Shown: piece after piece, positions 20,902-29,364 of the stretch
How the letters are laid out: each line of letters opens with the position of its first letter
How positions within the stretch are numbered: position 1 is the first letter of the stretch
Assembly: GCA_016188865.1 (NCBI GenBank)
Contig: JACPGX010000005.1
Location: forward strand, 9,188 to 73,187
Reading direction: 5' to 3'
Length of the DNA: 64,000 nt
DNA from: Candidatus Nealsonbacteria bacterium
GTDB taxonomy: Bacteria > Patescibacteriota > Minisyncoccia > Minisyncoccales > MHMH01
Notes under the pieces: model-generated
What the model was told of the DNA's origin: nothing
Database searches by the model: none
Seen by the model: the letters and a program-made list of their open reading frames with translations, nothing else
Made by a program: the position numbers and the translations under genes

Positions 20902-21330
20902 TTAGTTTCTCGTATATTTAATAGACGAAAATTAAAAAGGTGTGAGCAATATCGTCTTAATTTAGTTTCGGTCTATTTTTTCCACGCCCCACGCGGAAAA
21001 TTTTCCCCGGCTCGCCTCAACGCGGGCGGGCAAAAGGCCCGCCTTCGTTAAAACTACGGACGGGTAAAAAAGAGGGTTTTAGGGGAAGGGAATTTTTGCC
21101 CGCCTGGGGTGGCGGGTGGGTCTCGCCGAAGGCGAGATTTTTTTGTCCGCCGTGCGACGGACAAGGTCAGGCCAGATTTCGCTTTTTTGACTGGTGGATT
21201 AGATTGGGCAAAACGATGGTAAAAGTTTGAGGCCGAACGGAGGAGGGAGCCAGCATTTTTTCTTAATCTTACCTTAAAAATTCCGTTATTTTGACTTACC
21301 CAGGATAGGACTCGAACTTTTGCAAGAGGA

Positions 21331-21717
21331 TTGTTTTTTTTGGCTAATTTGATAATGTTGCTTAGGCAGAACATTAACAAGGAGATTGATATCGTGATTC
21401 ATGACCATGGCAATGCTACGGGAACGTCTTGTTGTCCGATATGTTGTGCAGCTTTTCTTCGTGAATACCCGAACCCAGAAAATGGTGTTGGTGATATTTG
21501 TAGAGCACATGATTACACGGTGAGACTTGCTATTGAGAATGCCAAAAGAGACAATTTTCAAAAAGCAGTTGAGGAAATGGCAAAATGCAAAAGAGATTGC
21601 CATACTGCTGGACACTATGAATGTTGGAGAGACAATTGTAATTGTATTTGTCATGCCGCTCGGCGAGTTCTTGGAATCGCTCTTCCAGAAAGCTACATCC
21701 CCGTTCCCAAGGAATAA
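21331..21717 (+). CDS. Cys/His-rich hypothetical protein (start may be ATG 21355)
   Basis: CCPIC, CRAH, CH..GHYEC...CNCICH. Confidence 0.55.
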   Translation: MFFLANLIMLLRQNINKEIDIVIHDHGNATGTSCCPICCAAFLREYPNPENGVGDICRAHDYTVRLAIENAKRDNFQKAVEEMAKCKRDCHTAGHYECWRDNCNCICHAARRVLGIALPESYIPVPKE

Positions 21718-21733
21718 AAGGAGGTAGGAGAAA

Positions 21734-21979
21734 ATGAAAATTTGTAAAACTAAGCTAATTCCTTGTCCCGCCGTTTTAACGGAATGGTCTGAATTACCTT
21801 GCATGTGGTCGCAGGAACAATGCGATATCTGGTGCAAGAGAGTTCCAACGTTGCCGTTTGTAGACAAAGATGGCAATCACTTTAAGCCTGATTTGTGCGA
21901 GATTTCCCGAAAAGCTAAAGAGTTTTTTGATGCTGGTTATAAGGAAGTAAAATTAACTGACATTTTTCCAAGAAAATAA
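21734..21979 (+). CDS. Small Cys-rich hypothetical protein
   Basis: GGAGG SD, 81 aa with 6 Cys. Confidence 0.6.
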   Translation: MKICKTKLIPCPAVLTEWSELPCMWSQEQCDIWCKRVPTLPFVDKDGNHFKPDLCEISRKAKEFFDAGYKEVKLTDIFPRK

Positions 21980-22003
21980 GAATATTGATAAGGGGGTTGT
22001 AAA

Positions 22004-22198
22004 ATGCCATACTATAGTCCGACAGAATGCGTTACATGCGAGAAACTCGGCTGTCCCACCGAGGGATTCACAGCAATGTGTTCAAAGTGCGGAGGAATTT
22101 ATTGTTTTGGGCACCTTGGTCGTCATCGTAAGGAAGAGCATAATCTTTGTTACCTTTGCGATGAGAAGTTGCCCTGCCCAGAGCATGGCGATAGTTAA
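22004..22198 (+). CDS. Small zinc-finger-like protein
   Basis: CVTC, CSKCGGIYCFGH, CYLC, CPEH; AGGGGG SD. Confidence 0.6.
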   Translation: MPYYSPTECVTCEKLGCPTEGFTAMCSKCGGIYCFGHLGRHRKEEHNLCYLCDEKLPCPEHGDS

Positions 22199-22303
22199 TA
22201 CTATAATAAGGCGGTGAGGCAGAAGCCAATACCCGCTTTTTAATTTTTGGATTCATTATCAGAAACTATTTTACATTGTGTCTTGTGATGATAAAATAAA
22301 TAT

Positions 22304-22819
22304 ATGAAAAGAAGAGATCTATTGAAATTAATTATTTCGGTTGCTATTTCAGAATTAGCCGGTATCGTGGGTTCATTTTTTACCGTTTCCGCTATTCCGA
22401 ATTGGTATTCTGCGCTAGTTAAGCCGGCATTGAATCCGCCGGCGTGGGTATTCGGGCCGGTGTGGACCACGCTTTACGCATTGATGGGCATTGCCGCGTT
22501 TTTAATTTGGAGAGAATACTCCAAATTAACCCTGAGCGAAGTCGAAGGGCTGATCCCGCAACGCAAGAGACAAATTAAAATGGCGCTTGGAGTATTCGGC
22601 ATCCAGCTTTTCTTGAATGCCATTTGGTCAATCATATTCTTTGGCCTGCAAAATCCCGGCTGGGCACTGGTTGACATCGTTCTTCTCTGGCTTGCAATTG
22701 CATGGACAATGGTTGTGTTCTACAAAATTTCTAAACCAGCGGCATATCTTCTCGTGCCGTATCTTCTCTGGGTAAGCTTTGCCGCCTATCTTAACTACTC
22801 GATTTGGATGTTCAACTGA
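22304..22819 (+). CDS. tspO: TspO/MBR tryptophan-rich sensory protein
   Basis: WYSALVKPALNPPAWVFGPVWTTLY; LLVPYLLWVSFAAYLN. Confidence 0.95.
   Translation: MKRRDLLKLIISVAISELAGIVGSFFTVSAIPNWYSALVKPALNPPAWVFGPVWTTLYALMGIAAFLIWREYSKLTLSEVEGLIPQRKRQIKMALGVFGIQLFLNAIWSIIFFGLQNPGWALVDIVLLWLAIAWTMVVFYKISKPAAYLLVPYLLWVSFAAYLNYSIWMFN
22526..22549 (-). repeat. CCCTTCGAC-N-GCTCAGGG repeat copy inside tspO
   Basis: Reverse complement cccttcgacttcgctcagggttaa; other copies at 22910, 24171, 39066, 53209, 61588. Confidence 0.8.
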
Positions 22820-23025
22820 AAATCTACCAGTAATTCACGGATCTTAAACGGAGAAATATTGCCGGGAATCTGTCAAATTGCGGTTCTAAATGCGTGAAGC
22901 GCGCGGAGCCCATTCGACTCGTTTTGCTTGCTCAGGGCAAGCAAGACCACATTTTTTATCGAGGACCGACTTGCCCGCCGAATCCGTCTAGGGCGGAGAA
23001 GGAGGGGACGCGCCACCTTAGGGGG

Positions 23026-23078
23026 AAAAAGTTCATGGTTCACAGTCTACTATGAACTTTTTTAGATTATGCTATAAT
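23026..23078 (+). promoter_or_regulatory. Inverted-repeat operator and extended -10 promoter
   Basis: AAAAAGTTCAT-N15-ATGAACTTTTT (23026-23062), then TGcTATAAT (23070-23078). Confidence 0.6.
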
Positions 23079-23099
23079 GATTTTAGTATTGATAAAAAC

Positions 23100-24071
23100 A
23101 TGAAAACGTCCGATAAAATCATTCGATACATCAAGGAGGGGGGAGGGGTCAGCCCCAAGCAACTCTCCGATTATTTAGAAATAACGCCAAGAGCTGTTTT
23201 TAAGCACTTGCGTCGGCTTCTTGCCGACGGAAAAGTCTCCAAAATCGGTACGCCGCCGAAAGTTTTTTATAATTTTGTTGAAAAAGTTAAAGACGAGAAA
23301 GATTATCAAATTTCAAACAGCATTAAGAATTTAATAGAAAAACGATTTATTGAGATTAAACCTATCGGCGAGATCGAAGAAGGATGGAGCGCTTTTGCGA
23401 ATTGGTGTGAAAAAAGAGGATTGGATGTTTTGAAATCAGCAGAAGATTACGCAAATATAATTAAAAAGTACGACGCCATTAGAAAGGATGGTTTACTCGA
23501 TGGAATGGGAAAAATGAAAAAGACATTTTCTGAAGTATATCTGGATTATCTTTTTTACCTCGATTTTTATAGTATTGAAAGATTCGGGAAAACCAAATTG
23601 GGCAAAACCCTGCTTTATGCCAAACAAAGTCAGAATAAAATGATGATTAGGGGATTGGCGAAAGAAATCAAGCCGAATATCAAAAATTTGATTAAGAAAT
23701 ATAAGATAGATGCGGTTGGATTTATTCCTCCTACCGTTAAAAGGGAGGTACAACTCATGAAGGAATTGGAAAACGGTTTAGACCTTCAGATCAGTAAAAT
23801 AAACATTACTAAAATTAAAACATCCGTCGTTGTTCCTCAAAAGACGCTCAGTAAATTGGATGACAGGATTGAAAATGCAAAAGCAACTTTCATTGTTGGT
23901 AAAAAGGCGTTTTATAAAAACGTTCTGCTTATTGATGATGCTGTTGGTTCTGGCGCTACGTTCAACGAAATTGCTTCGCAAATCAAGAAAAAAGGTGTCG
24001 CCAGTGGTAAGGTAATTGGAATAGCAATTACCGGTAGCATGAAAGGTTTTGATGTAATTAGTGAAGTTTAG
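23100..24071 (+). CDS. Winged-HTH plus phosphoribosyltransferase (ComF-like) domain protein
   Basis: N-terminal SPKQLSDYLEITPRAVFKHLRRL HTH; C-terminal VLLIDDAVGSGAT PRPP loop. Confidence 0.8.
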   Translation: MKTSDKIIRYIKEGGGVSPKQLSDYLEITPRAVFKHLRRLLADGKVSKIGTPPKVFYNFVEKVKDEKDYQISNSIKNLIEKRFIEIKPIGEIEEGWSAFANWCEKRGLDVLKSAEDYANIIKKYDAIRKDGLLDGMGKMKKTFSEVYLDYLFYLDFYSIERFGKTKLGKTLLYAKQSQNKMMIRGLAKEIKPNIKNLIKKYKIDAVGFIPPTVKREVQLMKELENGLDLQISKINITKIKTSVVVPQKTLSKLDDRIENAKATFIVGKKAFYKNVLLIDDAVGSGATFNEIASQIKKKGVASGKVIGIAITGSMKGFDVISEV

Positions 24072-24379
24072 CCCAATTCAAATCTTAAGCGGAAAGAGCC
24101 GACAATTGCCTCATCTCTCTTAAAGCCACCTCAATATCAGGGAACGCCTTATCTCAGTCAAATGCTCGAATGGTTCGATACTGCTCACCACAAGTCGGTT
24201 AATTGTTGAACTGGGGAGCCAGACGAGACTCTAACCGCCCAGTAATGGGCGTTTTTAGTAGATTTAGATAAAATATTGGTAGATATCGACAGATTTTGGT
24301 AGATTTGATGGTGCGTTTGAGACAAAAGATGATATAAAAGAAATATGCGCGGCACATTAGCAAAAATAATTTACTAACT

Positions 24380-24640
24380 ATGCGAATAGAGCTTAAAAAG
24401 TTTGGGAAAGTGCTCACCTCGCGTCCCATGGGGAAGGAGGCGTTTGCGGCAATTCGTCCGATTCTTGACCCGGATGCCGATACGGTGGAAATTGATTTTA
24501 CAGGTGTTCTTTCTCTTTCGCCGTCTTGGGCAGATGAATTTTTCACCGCGCTCAAAAATATGTATGGAAATCGAATAAAGTATCTGCCCACAGACAATCC
24601 GTCGGTAATAGAAACGCTTAAAATCTTGGAAGATATATGA
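24380..24640 (+). CDS. STAS-like DUF4325 protein
   Basis: FGKVLTSRPMG...IDFTGV.SLSPSWADEF. Confidence 0.8.
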   Translation: MRIELKKFGKVLTSRPMGKEAFAAIRPILDPDADTVEIDFTGVLSLSPSWADEFFTALKNMYGNRIKYLPTDNPSVIETLKILEDI

Positions 24641-26139
24641 ATCAAAAAGCCATACCTGCCAGTAAGCAAGGATTTATCCCGCTCGTTATTGTCATTGCGG
24701 TATTGGGCGTAGCCGCCGGAGTCGGCGGGTTTTTGGCATTTCGAGGCGAGAAAGTAACCGCCGCTCCTCAATTTATTCAAGCCGATTTTATTGATTTGGC
24801 AAAAGTTTTTGCGATATCGAAATTTCGTTCAGGAAGCGGCCATGATTTTTCACAGGGATCAGGAGAAACGTGCCGCAGCATGAAACATTATTTTAACGTT
24901 TTAAGGCCGGAAGGAGTAGAGCAGTTAATCAACAAAAACAAAGGGATCCCGCCGGGGCCCGACGGGCAGACGGATATTCCTATTTACAGTCCGGTAGACG
25001 GGAAGATTATTGGCGTTGAATCGGAACGGATGCCGATCGGGGAGCAGATTTATATCAAGCCTGATTTCTATTCTGGTTTCACTGTTCGGCTATTCCATAT
25101 TTATTTGCTTCCAGACATCAAAAAAGGCGCTAAGATTAAGGCCGGGCAGAAAATCGGCGTTATTGGACAATATCAAAATACCGATATTGCGATTATGCAA
25201 GGAAGAAAGTTTATTTCTTATTTTGAGGTTATGCCCGATAATATTTTTGCCAAATACCAAGCGTTGGGAGTCAAGAACCGCAGCGAGCTGATTATTTCAA
25301 AAGCCGAACGCGATGCCAATCCATTGCAGTGCAATGGAGAACAATTTGCGAAGAATTACGATAGCGATCCAAATTCTGGAAATTTCATTTATTTAAAGCA
25401 CTCTGAAACGCCCGTGAGCAGGTCCATTGAAAAGCCAGCCGAAGCGCTACATAGTAAAACTTCTCCGCCGGTTATTATTGAGCCAAAACAGATTACTCCC
25501 CCTCCAATCAGTCAGACAGTCGATCAATCAAACAAATTGCCAGCCTGTAAAAGCAATCCATCCCCATCTTTTACCAATCATATCACTGATATAAGCAAGG
25601 TTAGATATATAGTTCCTCCGCCGACTATGGGCGCCGGCCCCAGCTTAAAACCACACAGCTATATTGGCACGGACGGCCAGAACGTGCCAGTTTATGCGCC
25701 CGCAGCGGCAACATTAAAAAGCGGCAGTCATTCTGTCGGCGGTCCATACCTGATAGAGTTTCTAATAAGCTGCGAAGTAACGGTTCGTTTTGGCCATATT
25801 ACTAATCCTGTAGATGCCATTAAAAATCTTCTTCCCAAGGAACCACAGCAGGGGAGCCAAACGCAGGAATTGGAACCAATTAGTTTTTCCGCAGGAGAAT
25901 TAATCGGATATACTACCGGTACTTCGCAGGCGGGCAATTGGGATTTCGGAGTTTATAATTCAACCATAAGCAACCGTTATGCCGACGATCCGAATTGGAA
26001 CAGCAGCAGTGTTTACACGACTGCCGTTTGTCCGTTTGATTATTTTACTTCAAGCTTAAAATCAGCTTACCAGTCTAAATATAATTCTTATGCCCTAGGC
26101 GGCAATCCGCCTCACGGCGAGTCCTTTTGTCAGAAATAA
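24637..26139 (+). CDS. Secreted protein with prepilin-like N-terminus and two M23-peptidase-like domains
   Basis: KQGF followed by a hydrophobic helix; MKHY...IPIYSPVDGKI and LKPHSY...VPVYAP modules joined by a Pro-rich linker. Confidence 0.65.
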   Translation: MNQKAIPASKQGFIPLVIVIAVLGVAAGVGGFLAFRGEKVTAAPQFIQADFIDLAKVFAISKFRSGSGHDFSQGSGETCRSMKHYFNVLRPEGVEQLINKNKGIPPGPDGQTDIPIYSPVDGKIIGVESERMPIGEQIYIKPDFYSGFTVRLFHIYLLPDIKKGAKIKAGQKIGVIGQYQNTDIAIMQGRKFISYFEVMPDNIFAKYQALGVKNRSELIISKAERDANPLQCNGEQFAKNYDSDPNSGNFIYLKHSETPVSRSIEKPAEALHSKTSPPVIIEPKQITPPPISQTVDQSNKLPACKSNPSPSFTNHITDISKVRYIVPPPTMGAGPSLKPHSYIGTDGQNVPVYAPAAATLKSGSHSVGGPYLIEFLISCEVTVRFGHITNPVDAIKNLLPKEPQQGSQTQELEPISFSAGELIGYTTGTSQAGNWDFGVYNSTISNRYADDPNWNSSSVYTTAVCPFDYFTSSLKSAYQSKYNSYALGGNPPHGESFCQK

Positions 26140-26151
26140 AATAAGAACCCG

Positions 26152-26176
26152 ATGTTAGACGTCCGACGTCTAACAT
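26152..26176. repeat. 25-bp perfect palindrome with 1-nt centre
   Basis: ATGTTAGACGTC-C-GACGTCTAACAT. Confidence 0.85.
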
Positions 26177-26450
26177 GTCTAATAAATGGATAAGAAAATT
26201 TACTTTTTAATAATTATTACCCCCATTTTACTTGTTTTTGTTTTACTGGGGACTATGAGAAAAGGGGTCAGGTCCCTTTTATTTTTATTTTAGTCTAACC
26301 TTACCTTAAAAATTCCGGGAATTTTGTTTATTTAAATCACTAAGCAAGGCAAACATCTTGCATTAATATCGGTTTAGTGCATACTATAAACATAGCGCCC
26401 GCAACGATTTCCGAAGCGTTGCGATAAAATTATAATAGGAGGGAGGAGGA

Positions 26451-26837
26451 ATGCCTAAGAAAGTATTGGTGGTAGACGATGAAGACAGAATAACTAATTA
26501 TCTTAGAATTCGATTTAGGTCGGCGGGTTACGATGTTATTACTGCGGCTGACGGCATGGAGGCCCTAGAGCAGATGGCAAAGCATAATCCGGATATTATA
26601 ATTCTCGATCTCATAATGCCCAAGATGGATGGTTGGGAATTTTTAAAGCAACTCCGCCTCAGTGGTTCAGCAGTACCCGTAATAATTTTGTCTGCTAAGG
26701 TAAGTAATTACGATAAAATCAAAGGACTTACTCTTGGCGCTGATGATTACGTGGAAAAGCCCTTTTCTCCCGATGAATTACTGGCCAGAGTCCAGGCTAT
26801 CCTGAGGCGTTTAGAACTAACGCGTCAGGCGCAATAA
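26451..26837 (+). CDS. Stand-alone response regulator receiver domain (OmpR-type)
   Basis: VLVVDDE, LDLIMPKMDG, GADDYVEKPF; strong SD. Confidence 0.9.
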   Translation: MPKKVLVVDDEDRITNYLRIRFRSAGYDVITAADGMEALEQMAKHNPDIIILDLIMPKMDGWEFLKQLRLSGSAVPVIILSAKVSNYDKIKGLTLGADDYVEKPFSPDELLARVQAILRRLELTRQAQ

Positions 26838-26861
26838 AGAAAGAGCAAAATAAAATTTCGT

Positions 26862-26890
26862 AAAGCTGCTTAGCTGAGTTAAGCAGCTTT
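26862..26890. terminator. Bidirectional terminator
   Basis: aaagctgctta...taagcagcttt between convergent genes. Confidence 0.75.
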
Positions 26891-26897
26891 TCTTTTC

Positions 26898-27359
26898 TTA
26901 TTTGACGTCAGTTATTTTATATTCCTGCGCTCCGTTAGGAGTATTAAAGGTTACGGTATCTCCGATTTTTTTGCCCAAAAGCGCTTGTCCTAAAGATGAC
27001 TTAAGAGAGATTTTTCCTTCTGGTATGTCAGCTTCTTCGGGCTCAACGATTTGGAATTTATTTTTTCCGTTTTTTGATTCAAGCGAAACGGTCGAGCCTA
27101 TTTGAACCTTGCCGTCAGTATTTTTTTCAATTACCTCGGCTTGGTTGATGAGTTCGGTCAAGCTTTTTATCTTCCCCTCGATGAATGATTGGTCTTCTTT
27201 GGCCGCGTGATAGCCGGCGTTTTCTTTCAAATCGCCGTGAGAAGCCGCATGGCTTATTCTTTTTATAACCTCTTTGCGCTCGACGTTTTTTAGATGTTCA
27301 AGTTCTTTTTTTAATTTTTCCAAACCATCTCGGGTCAAGTATTTTACCATATTCTTCAT
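26898..27359 (-). CDS. greA: Transcription elongation factor GreA
   Basis: YLTRDGLEKL, HGDLKENAGYHAAK, ISLKSSLGQALLG. Confidence 0.95.
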   Translation of the reverse strand: MKNMVKYLTRDGLEKLKKELEHLKNVERKEVIKRISHAASHGDLKENAGYHAAKEDQSFIEGKIKSLTELINQAEVIEKNTDGKVQIGSTVSLESKNGKNKFQIVEPEEADIPEGKISLKSSLGQALLGKKIGDTVTFNTPNGAQEYKITDVK

Positions 27360-27535
27360 TTTACTGCGGCGACATCAGGAGTGCAAGCTGTTTTGGTTTG
27401 ACTGCCCGACCTTTAAATGCTAGTATTGTTTACAGAAGATAGCTGCCTGATTAAAATTTCGTCGAGTTTATTCGGGGAACTAAACTTTAGGGTAAAACCT
27501 TAAAATATTAATTAAGTTAATTAGTCTTTAAAATT

Positions 27536-27733
27536 ATGGAGGGAACAATCAAAACTCTTACAGAAAAGGGATTCGGATTCATTAACGTTGAAGGCGAGGA
27601 GAAAGATTTGTTTTTTCACAAGAACGAATTAAAAGGCACAACCTACGAAGAATTGAAAGTAGGCGATAAGGTTTCTTTTGAAAAAGCCGATTCTCCAAAG
27701 GGACCGAATGCGACTAACGTAACCCGTATTTAG
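27536..27733 (+). CDS. Cold-shock domain protein
   Basis: KGFGFI (RNP1), DLFFH (RNP2), KGPNATNV. Confidence 0.95.
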   Translation: MEGTIKTLTEKGFGFINVEGEEKDLFFHKNELKGTTYEELKVGDKVSFEKADSPKGPNATNVTRI

Positions 27734-27756
27734 GCATTAATCTGTTGGAATCAGAT

Positions 27757-27794
27757 AAATGAAAATCAAGCCCGTAAAGGCTTGATTTTCATTT
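27757..27794 (+). terminator. Terminator after the cold-shock gene
   Basis: aaatgaaaatcaagcc-cgtaaa-ggcttgattttcattt. Confidence 0.8.
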
Positions 27795-27838
27795 TGAGGT
27801 TAGTTGGAAACTGGGGCTTGAGGTGGTAAAATATATAA

Positions 27839-28678
27839 ATGAAAGAAATAATGATTAAAAAGGCTTCTGGCGAGATGGAGCCATTTTCCGAAGACAAGCT
27901 TAGGGAATCGCTTAAAAAAGCGCAAGCATTGCCTGAAATTATTAACGAAATTGTTGAGCAAATAGTTTCCGGGCTTAAGGATGGCGCTTCGACTTCTGAT
28001 ATTTATCATCGCGCCTTTTCATTGCTGCGCAAAAAGCATCGTTTTGCCGCCGGCCGTTATCGCTTGAAAAATGCCATTATGGAATTGGGGCCGACCGGCT
28101 ATCCTTTTGAAAGATTCGTAGCCGAAATTTTAAAATCGCAGGGATTTTCCGTTGAAGTTGGTAAAATCGTTCAAGGAGCTTGCGTTACCCACGAATTAGA
28201 TATTATTGCCATGAAAAATAACCGGCACATTATGGTGGAGTGCAAATTTCATAACCAGGCAGGAATTAAGTCGGATGTCAAAACTGCTCTTTACGTGCAG
28301 GCGCGGTTTGAAGATTTAAAAAAGAGATGGCAAGTACAGCCCGGCCATGGAGAAAAATTACATCAAGCTTGGCTTGTTACTAATACAAAACTTACCTCTG
28401 ATGCAATTAAATACGCCAATTGCGTTGGCATTAACGTAATTGGCTGGAGTCATCCTCCGGGAGAAAGTTTGCAGGATTTGATAGAAGAATCAGGGCTGCA
28501 CCCCTTAACTTCGCTTACTGCATTAAGCTTATCGCAAAAGCGGCAATTATTAGAACGAGGACTTATACTTTGCAAAGACATTCTTGATAATAAGAATTTG
28601 CTTCCGGCGGTAGGCGTTAATGAAGCGAAAATATCTTTTGTTTTGAAAGAAATCGAAGAATTATGTAAGCTACAATAA
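27839..28678 (+). CDS. ATP-cone domain fused to an Mrr-like PD-(D/E)XK nuclease domain
   Basis: IKKASGEMEPFSEDKL ATP cone; GYPFE...HELDI...VECK. Confidence 0.8.
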   Translation: MKEIMIKKASGEMEPFSEDKLRESLKKAQALPEIINEIVEQIVSGLKDGASTSDIYHRAFSLLRKKHRFAAGRYRLKNAIMELGPTGYPFERFVAEILKSQGFSVEVGKIVQGACVTHELDIIAMKNNRHIMVECKFHNQAGIKSDVKTALYVQARFEDLKKRWQVQPGHGEKLHQAWLVTNTKLTSDAIKYANCVGINVIGWSHPPGESLQDLIEESGLHPLTSLTALSLSQKRQLLERGLILCKDILDNKNLLPAVGVNEAKISFVLKEIEELCKLQ

Positions 28679-28680
28679 AT

Positions 28681-29364
28681 ATGGGAATTATTTTAAAAGT
28701 TGAAAATTTAAGCGTGGAATTGTACGGGGAAACAATTTTGGAAAATTTGGCTTTTAAGGTTGAAGAGGGGGAGATTTTGACGATTTTAGGGCCCAACGGA
28801 GCGGGAAAAACGGTATTGCTTAAAGCTTTGCTGGGGATATTGCCCCATAAAGGTAAAATTGAATGGCGGCAGGGAGTTAAAATCGGCTATGTGCCCCAGA
28901 GACTGCCCTTTATAAAAGATATTCCAATGAGCGTTGGGGAATTTTTTAAATTAAAGAAAACTTCTGATAAAATAACGAGGGATATTTTAAAATCAATCGG
29001 TTTGGCGGAAGATATATTGAGAAAGAAAATCGGAAGTTTGTCTTCCGGCCAATTTCAGAGGATTTTAGTTGGCTGGGCGCTGGTTTCAAATCCGCAGATT
29101 TTGCTTTTTGATGAGCCGACTACCGGAGTTGATATTTCGGGGCAGGAATCAATTTATGAATTTTTGGAAAAACTGAAAGAAGAAAGAGGTTTGACTATTT
29201 TGCTGATAACCCACGATTTGAGCGTGGTTTACAAATTTGCCACGCGTTGCCTTTGTTTAAATAAAAAATTACTTTGTTATAGTCTTCCTAAGGAATTGAC
29301 CCCCGAAAGCTTAGCCCAACTTTACGGTGGAGAAATTAAATTATATGAGCATAGCCATGGATAA
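28681..29364 (+). CDS. Metal (Zn/Mn) ABC transporter ATPase
   Basis: GPNGAGKT, GYVPQ, LSSGQFQR, DEPT; His-rich tail. Confidence 0.9.
   Translation: MGIILKVENLSVELYGETILENLAFKVEEGEILTILGPNGAGKTVLLKALLGILPHKGKIEWRQGVKIGYVPQRLPFIKDIPMSVGEFFKLKKTSDKITRDILKSIGLAEDILRKKIGSLSSGQFQRILVGWALVSNPQILLFDEPTTGVDISGQESIYEFLEKLKEERGLTILLITHDLSVVYKFATRCLCLNKKLLCYSLPKELTPESLAQLYGGEIKLYEHSHG

Noticed and set aside
21054..21380. 108-aa minus-strand ORF across the GC-rich tract
   Set aside because: It reads through hairpin and repeat DNA and has no recognisable domain.
24205..24250. Possible tRNA 3'-end (attR) remnant around CTGGGGAGCCAGACGAGACTC, with similar GGGAGCCAG at about 21245
   Set aside because: It does not match the tRNA-Asn, -Ser or -Pro 3' ends in the window, and the similarity is too short to support.
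26291..26325. dif/Xer site interpretation of the 18-bp repeat
   Set aside because: The arms match the XerC/XerD consensus only weakly and the spacer length is wrong.
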